Shown here: piece by piece, positions 26,352 through 40,800 of the stretch
Position numbering within the stretch: the first letter of the stretch is position 1
Layout: the number at the start of each line of letters is the position of its first letter
Origin: Owenia fusiformis
Lineage: Eukaryota
DNA length: 64,000 nt
Direction of reading: 5' to 3'
Assembly: GCA_903813345.2 (NCBI GenBank)
Contig: CAIIXF020000001.1
Span: 46,438,001 to 46,502,000, forward strand
The notes under the pieces: generated by a model
What the model saw: the letters and a program-made list of their open reading frames with translations, nothing else
The model's database searches: none
What the model was told of the DNA's origin: nothing
Position numbers and translations under genes: made by a program

Positions 26352-28889
26352 ACTTTCTGTAAATCAAAGGCTAAAAGAAAAGTTCACCTAGTGAGCAAAC
26401 TTTCCACTTTGTAGGATATAAAAGTTTAATGAGATTCACTAGATTTTCATTTTTTCTCTTATTGCTGACTTGGAAATCAAAAGTAATTTTGATATTATCA
26501 GAAAAGAAGGTTATGCTATGATTTTGTTAATTTTGGTCTTCTGGAGCTTGTTGGTTTGCCTAGTGACCTTTAGCATTTGTCATGTCATATCATGCAGGCT
26601 CAGAATTCTATCTGCTGAACCCATCTTACTTCTTTAAAATAAAAGAAATGTAAAATGTTTTTGGAATTATTTTCTATGGCATAAATGTATTGATACTTCA
26701 GAGGTCTCGAGAACAAAACCTAACAATATCTTATGATACCATAATGAAAATACAAAACATTTTGAACAAATAATTATTGTGGTTGTTTTTTATTATTATT
26801 TTATATTTATTTTCCCCCAATTATTTACATACATGTAAATGTGATAAGTAAAATACTGTCATATACCCAACATTCCATATGTAATAGTCTTGCAGGAAAT
26901 CTTTAGATCCCTTTCCCCTATCTACTTGGCAGAGGGGGTGTGTGGGGGTGTGGGATCATAAAGGTTTGAAGCAAGACTACGAGAGGAACTGTAATATTAA
27001 TCAATTTTCACTGCATCTATAAATGGTGTGCAGGGGAAAGTGAGTATTAAAACTGACCGTGCATAAATTTTGATTATAAATACTTTAAATACTAGTAATG
27101 GATTGTGACCAATTGTAAACAGTTGTGGAAAAATGGAATCTCTCCAAGATATTTCCAGTGGAAAATGTTGATTTTCAAGTAAACAGATCAATCAGGTCAT
27201 GTCAGATTAATACAGGGGGGGGGTTGTTTCTGCCTTCAGATATCAAGTTAAATTATCCTACCACACATATATGCCCAATGGTGTCTATGTGAAATAATTG
27301 TCCTCAAAATAAATAGAACTCAAAATAAATATCTTTGTCTAAATTAACTTTTCCAACAACTGTCAACATTTGGAGCCCAAGGAGGATTGACTCCCAGGGA
27401 TGCCAATCGATATTCTGTTCCATATATGGGTATCACTTAGTCATATTATGAATACAAAATTTAATCAAGAATATCGGCCATTCTCCTTGCAGCAGTAGAA
27501 ATATACATGCAGGATTGGAAACCACCGCATCAATTGGAGATTAAAGTATATCGAGTTGGAACCCTGGCTTCCAATCGTCCTTGTTTGGAGCCTTAACATT
27601 ATGCAAATACTTATGGCATTGAGATTCGGTTTTCACTTCACATTATGCATGTACAAACTACTAACCCTAGAAAAACTCATCTAAACATGATGAACTAAAA
27701 GCAAAAATATGTTCATGAATTTAATTCACTTTAAGGTTAAAAAAGCCTTATTATAATAAAATACTCAAATCGTGAATAATGCATGATTAAATACAAAGCA
27801 CTCTTCCCTTATTCATATTTTGCAAAAATATAATATCCTACTTTTAATATCATAACAAACATCACCAGTTGTGGAGTTTAATTTCTTGAATATTCATGAA
27901 CTGAAGAATACTTATTGATGATGAATATTTATGAACTGTCATTTTGAGGGATATTCATCTCATATTTCTTGAATCATTTTCATGAATTGTCCAAATTGCA
28001 GTTCGCTACTATTCAAGAATATTCAATCATTTTAACTACCTGAAATGGGGATATTCAAGTACAGAGTTACTTGAATATTCATCAAATAGTCAAGAATAAT
28101 CATGAATATTAGAATGTCATTTCACTGAGGTACATCCCTTATATATATCCTACTTTTAATATTTTTCCTTACAGATGTAAAAGATTCAAAATGGTACACT
28201 GCCCACAAAAAGTGTATAAACCCTGAAAAATACAACACTCTCCTCCAAAAGTTAGGTAAACGTGACACAAACTTTTGTAATGGAGTACAATTCTGTATAT
28301 CTTGAATACATTTTACATTTGTGTCATACGTGCATGTGGAATGTTTAATTTGTTCTATATAAATAAATAATAATGAGTTATAATCTCAACAAGTGTAAAT
28401 AGATGTACAGGATATCATGTAATTTTGAATCCTTATTCTATAACAATTTAGAAATACCCTCATGTCTATAGCGATAAAAAATTATGAATTGAGATTCATG
28501 TCCAAAAAAAGATTTTGAGTAATTACCTAACAGTGCTACTACATGCTAACATGCTTTCATCCTGTATTCAGATATTGCATCAAGTGTTTTAAGATAAGTA
28601 GAAACAGTTTGTGCAATAAAAGAAAATTAATTGTTCAACTTATCAGCATGAATTCTTGAAAAAACACCATATAAATTGGAATGTGAAGAGATATATACTA
28701 TAGACCGATGGCCCGGAACTTGAGCAAGTATTTTTAAGCAATGTTTCTGTCCTATTAATATCATACTGTAATGTTTACATGCATTCATTGAGAAAATAAA
28801 TTAACAGACAAAATAAAGATTTCACGATTTTTGAGTCATTTCAGATCTTTCTATGTGATATGCCATGATATTGTAACTCCAGTTTATCT

Positions 28890-31800
28890 CTAAAGGTTAA
28901 GTAGTTTTCCACGTGGATTCTCCTGCCAATCTTTCAAGGCTTCCGATATTGTATGGAACTTCACGTCTGGTATAGCAGCACTGAAATGCAAAGTCACCAA
29001 GATAAAAATCATAGCCTGTAAATTAGTGTTCTACAATTGCATACAGTTAGGCGTAAATTATCACCTAAACTAAGAGAATACCATATTCCGTGTCACAAGG
29101 TGGATACAGAGTGTTTTTATTTACTTTATTGAAATCGTAACAAAACTACTGCCTTATTGGTTAAATCCTAGTTCGAATAAGAATTATGATTTACAGAGAG
29201 ATTCGAGTTGAGTGAAATTGCTTTAAAAGTTATTAGAGTTTTTCAATATCTTTTGTTCTCATCATTCTTTAATTCTCTAAACTTCAAGATATATGAATTT
29301 AATTTAATTGATGAAGATGCTTTGAGCTTTTGGGTTATTTACTATATCAATAATTCTGAAAAGGTAACATACTGAAAGTTTCACATTGGCTATTTTATTG
29401 AAAAGACTGAACAAAGTATTTCCCTTGCTACATCCTTTTAGGCCTTTTTAAATGAATAAAGCCATTGGCAATGTATAACATGAGTTATCTCAATGGAAAA
29501 CACAGCTTCGGGAAGTTTACCAGAATTTTGGAAAACTCCAAATTTTCCCAGGGAGCAAATTTTCATATTGCATCAATTTTACCTGAGTTTCTGCGAAGAC
29601 ATTACTGCAACTTTAGGCCTGTTGGCTGTGCCTTGTTGTTGACCTTCAATGGGGTTCAACTTTCCAGAGTCCAGGTTGAAATATTTGCACTGAAATAAAT
29701 GTTAAATATAAGTTCTCAGAATCACGCATGTAATTATGTAGATAACTAGATATGAAATCAATTTTGTTTCTTTAAGTAAAAGAAGTATACAGGTATATCA
29801 ATATATTTTAAGAAATGCTAGAAATGTTAATTCCAAAAAGCCATGAATTTTATAAGTTCAATTTAACCTGTTACATTTGAGGCCAAATTTACATTCAATC
29901 AAATCAATATGAAAGTCTGGACATTTGAAAAACTGTAAAGATTGCATTGCATCCCAACTCAAATTCACCTTAAATCTGGTGCTCAAATGTAACAAATCTC
30001 CAGGCAAAAGTTTACATTACTCACAACTTCAATTCCCCATTGCAGTTTGCTAAGTGCCTGAGGTCCAGTACAGTGGAACAAGCCACTGAGGTCTTTCCTT
30101 GCGAGTTCAAGTGTGGCCTCTGCTATATCTCTGTTATAAGTAGGACATGAGATCTGCAAGATGAATTTGAAGAAAATATATTTATAAGTGATACAGCAGT
30201 GGCGTCGCCAGGAAAAAAGCGACAAGGTGAAAATATCCAAAATTATGACTATGTAACTCAGTCAAAAATTTGAATGTTTTTTCGTCAGCAATGCGCATGT
30301 TAAGTTAAGCTGGAGTACAGAATATAGTTTTATGGTTTCTTTGTTGTAATATTCATAATTAGTATAATTATGACACGACCTCGACTGGAAAAAGCGTTAT
30401 TTGTCCTGTAGATGCAAAACAAATAGAGTGTTTAGCTTTTGCTCTGGAGAGCAACCTGTAATAAAAACTACATCCCTGACATACAAAGTAAAAGGATTTT
30501 CATAGGACGAGTATTTAGTTAATAGTATTGAGTGAGATTAAGTTCAAAATGCAGTATTCCCCTTCTTTTTGCATCTATTGATATAACTCACAAAACTAAC
30601 CATTGGTTCTTGGTTGTGACACTTCCTCAGTCATTATAAAACACATATTCAATCCCATACTGCAATTATGGTACATTCTACTTACCTCATCAGTGAGACA
30701 ATTGAGAGACTTGCCAGCCTGAATGTTATTCGTCAGTTGAAACACAAAGTTCTTGCCTTGCACCTCTGGTCCATAAACCCTCTGAAATAAGTAATTCAAA
30801 TAACTCTATAACCTTGATTCCATCAACCAGCCACAATACAAATTGTGGATATGGGTCTATTTGGGTTGACATTCAGTCTGTATATTATATGCCTTCAGTC
30901 ATACATCTGCTATTGGTGCATTACATTTTGGTGTAACTTGAGTTTCATTCATGAGTCTAAAATACCATGATATATGGTTCAAGGATTTATTTAATAGTGT
31001 CCACTTGCTTTGATATTGTGGAGATCACATATTTCAGTAAATAAGTTAATACTCACAGATATTCTAAGAACCAAAGCTGATGGATCAGTGGCTAGAACAG
31101 CTTTCTCAGCATCAAGTTTATAACTGCCATAATTATTAAGAGGATTAGCGGTATCTGTCTCACTGTATCCTAGACTATTAGCTGAAATTGACAAGACTTG
31201 TTTTTAGACTAGTTTGTGTTTTCTGTATTTCAATATATCATAACAACAATGCTTAAGACTAGAACTACACAGAGACATCACTAGTCAATGTAATAGTGTT
31301 GCTAGTAGACTAGGACTACAAAGAGACATCACTGGTCAATGTGATAGTGTTGCTAGTAGACTAGGACTACACAGAGACATCGCTAGTCAATGTGATAGTG
31401 TTGCTAGTAGACTAGGACTACAAAGAGACATCACTGGTCAATGTGATAGTGTTGCTAGTAGACTAGGACTACAAAGAGACATCACTGGTCAATGTGATAG
31501 TGTTGCTAGTAGACTAGGACTGCAAAGAGACATCACTGGTCAATGTGATAGTGTTGCTAGTAGACTAGGACTACAAAGAGACATCACTGGTCAATGTGAT
31601 AGTGTTGCTAGTAGACTAGGACTACAAAGAGACATCACTGGTCAATGTGATAGTGTTGCTAGTAGACTAGGACTACAAAGAGACATCACTGATCAATGTG
31701 ATAGTGTTGCTAGTAGACTAGGACTACAAAGAGACATCACTGGTCGATGTGATAATGTTGCTAGTAGACTAGGACTACAAAGAGACATCGCTTGTAGACT

Positions 31801-34800
31801 AGGACTACAAAGAGACATCACTGGTCAATGTGATAGTGTTGCTAGTAGACTAGGACTACAAAGAGACATCACTGGTCAATGTGATAGTGTTGCTAGTAGA
31901 CTAGGACTACAAAGAGACATCACTGGTCAATGTGATAGTGTTGCTAGTAGACTAGGACTACAAAGAGACATCACTGGTCAATGTGATAGTGTTGCTAGTA
32001 GACTAGGACTACAAAGAGACATCACTAGTCAATGTGATAGTGTTGCTAGTAGACTATGACTACACAGAGACATCACTGGTCAATGTGATAGTGTTGCTAG
32101 TAGACTAGGACTACAGAGACATCACTAGTCAATGTGATAGTGTTGCTAGTAGACTAGGACTACACGGAGACATCACTGGTTAATCCGATAGTGTTGCTAG
32201 TAGACTAGGACTACACAGAGACATCACTGATCAATGTGATACTGTTGCTAGTAGACTAGGACTACAGAGACATCACTAATCAATGTGATAGTGTTGCTAG
32301 TAGACTAGGACTACACAGAGACATCACTGGTCAATGTGATAGTGTTGCTAGTAGACTAGGACTACACAGAGACATCACTGGTCAATGTGATAGTGTTGCT
32401 AGTAGACTAGGACTACAGAGACATCACTAGTCAATGTGATAGTGTTGCTAGTAGACTAGGACTACACAGAGACATCGCTAGTCAATGTGATAGTGTTGCT
32501 AGTAGACTAGGACTACACAGAGACATCGCTAGTCAATGTGATAGTGTTGCTAGTAGACTAGTACTACTCAGGGACATCGCTTGTCAATGTGATAGTGTTG
32601 CTAGTAGACTAGGACTACACAGAGACATCGCTAGTCAATGTGATAGTGTTGCTAGTAGACTAGGACTACACAGAGACATCGCTAGTCAATGTGATAGTGT
32701 TGCTAGTAGACAAGGTCTACACAGAGACATCGCTAGTCAATGTGATAGTGTTGCTAGTAGACTAGGACTACACAGAGACATCGCTAGTCAATGTGATAGT
32801 GTTGCTAGTAGACTAGGACTACACAGAGACATCGCTAGTCAATGTGATAGAGTTGCTAGTAGACTAGGACTACACAGAGACATCGCTAGTCAATGTGATA
32901 GCATTGCTAGTAGACTAGGACTACACAGAGACATCGCTAGTCAATGTGATAGCGTTGCTAGTAGACTAGGACTACACAGAGACATCGCTAGTCAATGTGA
33001 TAGCGTTGCTAGTAGACTAGGACTACACAGAGACATCGCTAGTCAATGTGATAGTGTTGCTAGTAAAGTCCAAAGAAATAAAGACCTTGGTGGACCACAT
33101 AGTAAAACAATAATGCATAGACCCAAACAAAATCTTAAATTAAGGTAATGCTTTGTTCTGTTATATGAAGCAATCACCATGGCAATGGCAATGTTTACTA
33201 GGACACACACACTACGCTGTTTGGTTGGCACAGGATGACCAGAAACTATGAGCACATTTTTATCTAATCAAGCATGTAAGAAAAAACGGTTCCATTCCTA
33301 GAACCACCTTGTACATGGAAAGGAAAATCTAGCCGCCAGACGACCATTAACATCTGTTGCACAATTTATTAGTAGTCCATTAATAAAATATGTTGTACTG
33401 TACTTGTGGTACTAAATTAATGCTAAAGTTCAATGTTGATTACATTAAGCAAGCTTACAACATGTGCTGTTGTGAACTGGTAATCAAGAATCCAAAATTA
33501 ATCAAGAATATTCTCCATTAGATTTTATATCTAATAATATTGGCCTATTTCAGACATTCTTACCATATATTTCTGCCATCCCTGAGGCTAATCCATTCTG
33601 CTTTGTTGCTCCATCAAATACATAATCAGATGAGTAGAAAACAGTCTTAGCTCCGATGGCTTTAGCAGCTTCAGTAAGTTTTGTTACAGCAGTAAGATTA
33701 ATTGCCTTGGCCTAAAACAAAAAGGAGCTACACAGTCATGTTAACTTCAAAATAAAACAAGTAGTAAGATTTATTGTTTTGGCCTAAAACATAAAAATGA
33801 ACTACATGGTCTGTCATTCAATAAAACATGCAGTATAAAATGGTGGGCAGATAACAGTATTGCCAAAGTTTCAGGGACAGGAAATCCTCCATACGTCCAT
33901 TGGAACCATAGTGAACCTTTCAGAGGAAGCATATATGGGATTTGTCTATACCTGAGAGGTGAAGGACAAACTGAAATTATTATGAGATATGTGTACTTGC
34001 TGATAAAACTCTAACCCACTGCAATGTACAATATAAACAATTTCAAATAAGTTACAGTAAATATGAAATTTTCTAAGGTAAATTCAATTTACTGTTCTGA
34101 AACAATATGGTGAATTGATCTTTTCATTGCTAACATTATGGCATGAATCTTATACTAAATGTCATTCTCACTTTTTCTGGGAATTTTTCATTTCCATCAA
34201 CCCATGAGAAAGCGGCACATATACAAACGATAGCTGGTCTACAGGCTGTGAAAAGGGTATCTATGATGCTTGGGTCACTGCAATCAGAAAATGCAAGTTG
34301 GAAAAATAAAAATGCATTCATCATAGGTTTATACACAGAAATACATAACGCTTACCTATTTCATTTTACTGACCTATTGTTGTGACCTATTCTAGTGCCC
34401 TATTCTAGTAGTCTATTATTAGACTACCTGATTAGTAATTCTATTGATCTCAATTAACTATGAAGGCAATTGAGTTATAAAAAGTCTTGGTGTCACAATT
34501 TTGTGGTACAAATCCACAATATTTAGTTACCTTGCTGCTTTTTCCATATCAAAAGGTATAAGGCATTCTTGAGGATGTTCCCCACAGGTTCCTATGGAAA
34601 CCATATCTGGCCGCTTAGCAACAGCTTCTTTCAAAGCCCCACCAACTATAAGAGAAAACAGTCGGTAAGGATATGTTTTTATAACAATTGTAAAATAAAA
34701 TACTAGTATTTTATGACCTCATCATTATTTTACCTTGTACTTTTAAATATGGTTACAGTATTTCCACCATTGTACAGGGTGGTCAAAAAATGGAAACCCT

Positions 34801-37800
34801 TACACTATTTTCCTCATATATTTGTCATTTTAAGACATAACTCCCTGATATTTTGCACATTTGTACATCATTCAATTTCCTACCAGCCTACTTTATATCA
34901 TGACCATCTGATTGATAGTCACAATGTTACAGCACTTTACAGAACATGCCCTAGTGGCCACTATTGCGCTGTAGGGCCACCTGCACTGGCCGTCCAAAAT
35001 GTCCCTACCTGTAGGGATATGGCAAGGAAAAAGTGTATAAGAATGACCTCAGGACAATCACAAACCTCAAAAGTGAGACCATCCGTATCATTCAGGCCAT
35101 ACCTGCTGAGGAGTGCATTCGGCCCATTGACAACTGTGCAGGTTTGCCTACAGCGCGATGACGGCCAAACTTGAAGCATGTTATTCAAAGTGCTGTAAAA
35201 TTGTGACTATCAGTCTGATGGTCATAAAATTTGGTAGGGTGGTAGGAAATTGAATGATGTACAAATGTGTGAAATATCAGGGAGTAATTCCTTAAAATGA
35301 CAAAGATATTAGGAAAATGCAGGGTTTCCATTTTTTTTGACCACCCTGTACATGAAGTTTACAATAATCCTTCATAGGAAAAAATGAACCAGTCCATAAC
35401 AGTTCTATAATATCAGACCACAAAACTTTTGTACCATGCCAGACGTACTATTGTACTATACCCATATATTGCATTGGAAGCTACTTATACCAGGAGTGCA
35501 TGACAGAATTAAAGTTCACATATTCCTATCACAGGGCATCATGTCACATGATACATGTATATGATGATCATGATCACTCTGCACACAGGTTAATGATCAT
35601 GTATATGTTTTCAATTGAATTAAAGTATTTTTCCTCAGGAATTTTTCTGGAGTGGGTAGAAGTTCTTATTTTCACAATTTAGTCCTCTGGTCAAAATATG
35701 GCTGGAATTTTTGTGATTTCTTCACATTTTAATGTGGGTGCAGATGGATTCTCAGGTGGGTGAAAGTGTATTGATAAAATCACAAGTGGGCGCAGTACCA
35801 ACTTGCTTGAATTCAAGGGAGATCACTGAAAAAGCAAATGAGTAAAATATATTTTGCAATATATATATATTGTACAAGTTGTATATTTTAGAATTATAAA
35901 AAAACATTGACTTCATTGGTTGATATGATTTGTGACATGTAGGTAACTGCTACCTACATGTGGCATTTATCAGTCTTACACAGGCTAACAAAAGTTTCTG
36001 TTGAATAATTGCTAGCTAGGGACCATGTCACAATCACTGGGGATGAACTGGAAACGAGGGAGGTTTTTCCTCGTATCAAAATGGCGGCGCGTGAAAAAAT
36101 TTCATTCGGTAAGATTTTTGTTTTTTACAATTTTCGTGCTTTTATCCTTCAAATTAAAACTTAATATTTGGCAAGTAAATAGTTCATAATAAGTTCCGGT
36201 TTTATAATATGATTACAAATTAGAAATCAATACTGGCATTGCTGAGATATTTACATATCAATTCTCTCACTTAGGAAACGAGGCATGTTTCTCAAGGAAA
36301 CGAGGCAGCTATATAGCATTCTTAAGAATGAAACGAGGCAACCATATTTAATTAAAAATGTTTTGTTTTTATTACAGAACGGGGCCTACAAAAAGAAGCA
36401 TCCCTGTTCAAATGCTATTTCTGTAACAGGAAACGACAACGTTGCTGATATTGTTATGTTGAAGCTTCCTAAAAAGCAAAAATGTTATGTTGAATAGGGA
36501 AGCAGATATAGACAGTTGTGAACAAAGCTTGCTTTTATTCTACCTTGAAACATCATTTATTTTAATTCACGCTAGCGACATCATAATATTTATGCCATCG
36601 ACCATTAACATTTTTCATATGGCTAATAATCTAGAAAATTTATGAATATTTCATTTACAAATGCATTACCATTTCTAGCATTTAAGAAAATACAAGGCAT
36701 TAACATATGACACGTGTTGTAACTTAGTAATAACAAATAAGTCCATTTATCTGCTACCATGGTAACATATGTTCTAAGAAATACTTGAAAGTCATAATAA
36801 GTTTATAATTGTTCACAGTAAAATATGATGTCAGTCTAAGCGGTACGCATTTGTTCAGTTTTTGAAAGTTGCTAAAATTGCTAAAGAATTTGCTATTGAC
36901 GCAAAACGCCAGACGCCCAACTCCAGACGTCAGACGCCGAACATTTCCACATTTCGTTGGACTATATGCAGAATAACATAATTGATAGTGACATAATAAG
37001 GAACATACAGACATTAAAGAATACAAACAGTAAAATCCAATGTACACCAATGAGACAATGCCAGTGTGCTCCTTGACACTGCTATTTTTGTAATATAGGC
37101 GAGTCATTTAATTATTACCATGGTCATTCTTTTTTTATCGTATCTGGAATTATATTCTATCAAATATAGCCATCTCGAGCAACAACAATGCCCCATTTGC
37201 GTACGATTAGTAGGGAGGTTTAACGACACATGTTTTAAAGAGAAGTGTACGTAAACGTGTAAAATTGCAATCTTCAGAGAACTAGTTCTTGTCTTCAATG
37301 TCTTTATTTGCATGAATGATTACAAAAGTATCAGTTAAACTGTTTTAATTGGGTCTTTGTATAAGTCAATCCAGAACGGAACTATAGTTCCCAGGGGTCA
37401 TTTCACGTTTACGTTCACCACTTCTAAAATACGTGTAGCTTAAGCTCCCTATTAAAATAGCACTTCTTTGAACAAGATTTTTCTTATTTGAGAGAACATT
37501 TTGACGATATATGCGCTACCATTGATAGCTCAGATAGCTGGCTCGTTTATTGGAATTGACACTCAAAACAATGCTATTTAACGTTTTCGAAATATTTAGG
37601 TACGAAAAATTTCGAACGGAATGCGTGACATATACGTAATTCGCGTGAAAAGTCCGAACGAAATGCGTTTTGGACAGTATACATCACAAAGGAACTTATC
37701 GTGTCACTTGTCTATTGTGATGTCATAGAGACAATTAGAAAAATTGAAGAATTTGAAGAAAAATAGCCACCCAAAGACACTTACACCTGCTAATTGCCAT

Positions 37801-40800
37801 TTTACAAAGAGTTTATTCAAGCAAGAAAACTGTTTGGAAAAACGTAATTTCGGGTTGAACATGGTACCCACCACTCTGGTTACCATAGCAACCATATCTC
37901 AAGAACCAATCAAAATTGAGGTCCCAAATTTTACCATATAATGTATAAATATATAACACATATGTGTACCAAGTTTCATTGCAATAATTCTATTTTCCTT
38001 GAAGTTATGACATCAAATGCAAAACTTTTTGAACCACCTAAGTATATCGTGTAAAACGTAATCGGTCGTATGTGACCAGAACGGTGGAAATAAGATCATT
38101 AAATGTAGACACTATCACAGAAAGAATAGTTGCCTCGTTGCAAGTCAAACATTGCCTCGTTTCATTGTTACAAAATGTAGACAGGTGCCTCGTTTCCTAA
38201 GTGAGAGAATTGAAATGTAAATATCTCAGCAATGTCTGTATTGATTTCTAATTTGCAATCATATTATAAAACCGGAACTTATAAACTATTTACTTGCCAA
38301 ATATTAAGTTTTAATTTGAAGGATAAAAGCACGAAAATTGTAAAAAAAAAAATCTTACCGAATGAAATTTTTTCACGCGCCGCCATTTTGATACGAGGCA
38401 AAACCTCCCTCGTTTCCAGTTCATCCCCAGTGACAATGTTAATTTCAGTGTGGATAATTCGTCCCCCACCCCCAATATTAGGAAATATCAATTTGCAATT
38501 GAATTTACTTTTTCCCAATAAATCAACAATCTTAATGAACAAAATCATACTTTCCACCTCCCCTATCAAAATTAATTCTGCTCCCCTATAACTATTGATG
38601 TTTAACAGTGTACTCAGAGTATGAGTATGGTACATACAAATATTTAAAATGCAAAATCAATACAGCCATACATTTGAGTTGTTTATCAAGCAATAAATTG
38701 TAATGGATTAAATTATATTGATTTACTGGAATTTATTCTTTTAGGTAAGTACATTTATTGCAGTAAATCTCTGTCCAAGTTTTTTCATGCTGGTTTAACT
38801 CGAACACCAATTAACTGATATTTGACTTGTGATAATAAGTCTGCATTTATATCTATAAATGTTGATTCGAACTGCAGCCACTGTCTCAAAAAAGATTTCA
38901 AAGACAGACTGACAACAAAATGCAATCATTTCAAAATGAATATTTTAAAGAAATGATCAGATTTTAGGAAATGACAATATTGGTCCCACTTGAGGAAAAA
39001 TCCTGAAAAGCACTGTTATCGTTGTATGAATATGTAAATATGCAAAATACCTTGCCCAGATGCCCCTATGATGAGGACTCTGGTACGTTTGGGTAGAACT
39101 CCTCCTTCAACCTTAGCAGGTAAAGCTTTTTCATCTTTCTCAGAAATAATTGCGGAGGCATCTTTAGGAATTGGCCAATAAACATCAGCTACTGGGTCAA
39201 AGGGTGTGATTCCAAAGTCAATACTGGGATGAAAGAATCCACCCTAAAATGTTTGAAGCACATTCAATTTCAGAAAGGTTATCTTATCATCACAATCATG
39301 ATGTTAGTGTCATGAGTTTTTAACATCAATTCTGAGCATTGTATATCTCTTAAATGACTCCACCTCTACTTAAAGGTGCAATAAGTAGTGCAGAGGGGCC
39401 ATTCAACGATCATGGACCAGTGTCAAAATATATTTAAGTTTGGATATTTCATCTAAGACTAACATCTTTTTTTATTTTCTACAAAGAAACCCCCTAGATA
39501 ATCATTATTTCAGCTTATATTCCTCTTGAAACATGGTGGATCTTAAAAATATAAAAGTGGACGTCCCCTTTTTGAAGCTTTGAACTGAATTTACACTTTT
39601 AATGCCGAAATTGATAGTTTATCCATACATTTTAAGAAAATAGGTATGTCGAAGAAGATGTTGAGCCAACTGTTGCCTTGATAGCTCAGAAAAAGTTAAA
39701 ATTTTCCTATTTTCTCTCTACAAGCCTTATTGCCCCTTTAATGGTGATGTGATTTGACAATTTGACAATTTTCAATTATGACAAAATTTTAATTTGTTGT
39801 TAACAAAGTAGTTTCAAATAAAAAAGCAAAAAACTTACATTTGCATATAGTAAAATATAACATTTAAAGTGAGACCCATTTATTTAGCAACTTTAAATCT
39901 CTTAATTGGGCAAATTTGCCACCCTTTCCACACAGTCAGAGTAATTTAAAAAACAGAAGCTTTGCAGTTTTCCTTGTATGCAAACACTAGTTTTTATGAT
40001 TGTTCAAAATAAATAAGAAATTCAAGTTTGTTACCTGGCAGTACACCACGGTGCTATTTTCTTTGAGAGAGAGGAACCCATGGCCGCAGTTTGGTGGAAT
40101 GTAGAGTTGGCGTAGATTATCTTCTGTGAGGATTGCTGCTGCCCATTGCATATACGAGGGAGATTCTGGTCTGAGATCAACTACAACATCGTAGACAGCG
40201 CCTTGGATGCATGTGAGAAGTTTTGCATAGGGGGATATGTGGAGGCCCCTTATCACATTCTAGAATTAGGATAATGAATAGAGGATTATTCATGGAGAGG
40301 GATGTATACCCTGGGGAAGATATCACACAAATTATACCAATGTATGCCTTTTTATCCCAGATATTATTGTAATAAATCTGAAAATTGCACAAATAGAATT
40401 TAATTTTTTTTTAAATACCACAGGGTTAGGCACATACCCGAATGACTGAAGAGAGTGAAGGGTTCGAAAGCTCCTGTGCTTACCCTAAGGTATGTACATG
40501 TATTCATCGATATATCACCTGCTTTGAGGTATATTTTACGATTCGAACATGAAAACTAACCAAAAAATTTCGAATATTCGTTATGGTGAGCCATTACTAC
40601 AGCTCGCCTCAATGACGTCACACATTACTCATATTTACAGGTGGTGTGTTGACAAATATACACTTGGTGAAATATTGACTTTGTTCACAGTTTAAAGAAG
40701 GCATGTTCGAATCAAAATTATAGATTATAAACTTAAAATATGCTATAAAATCAAAATCAATTTTACAATAATATTCGTCATTACAAATAAAATTACAGTA

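Noticed and set aside
31257..33065. Possible CRISPR array
   Set aside because: The units are contiguous near-identical 51-mers with no unique spacers; there are no cas genes, and it lies in a eukaryotic intron.
34713..35188. 153-aa and 75-aa ORFs
   Set aside because: Off-frame readings of a decayed Tc1/mariner element.
38232..38635. Overlapping 119-aa and 118-aa ORFs
   Set aside because: They span a transposon TIR and its flank, with no protein motifs.
28890..39100. MAT2B as the identity of the RmlD-like domain
   Set aside because: The domain is fused within one exon to an RmlC cupin domain, which MAT2B lacks. A phylogeny is still needed to exclude it formally.
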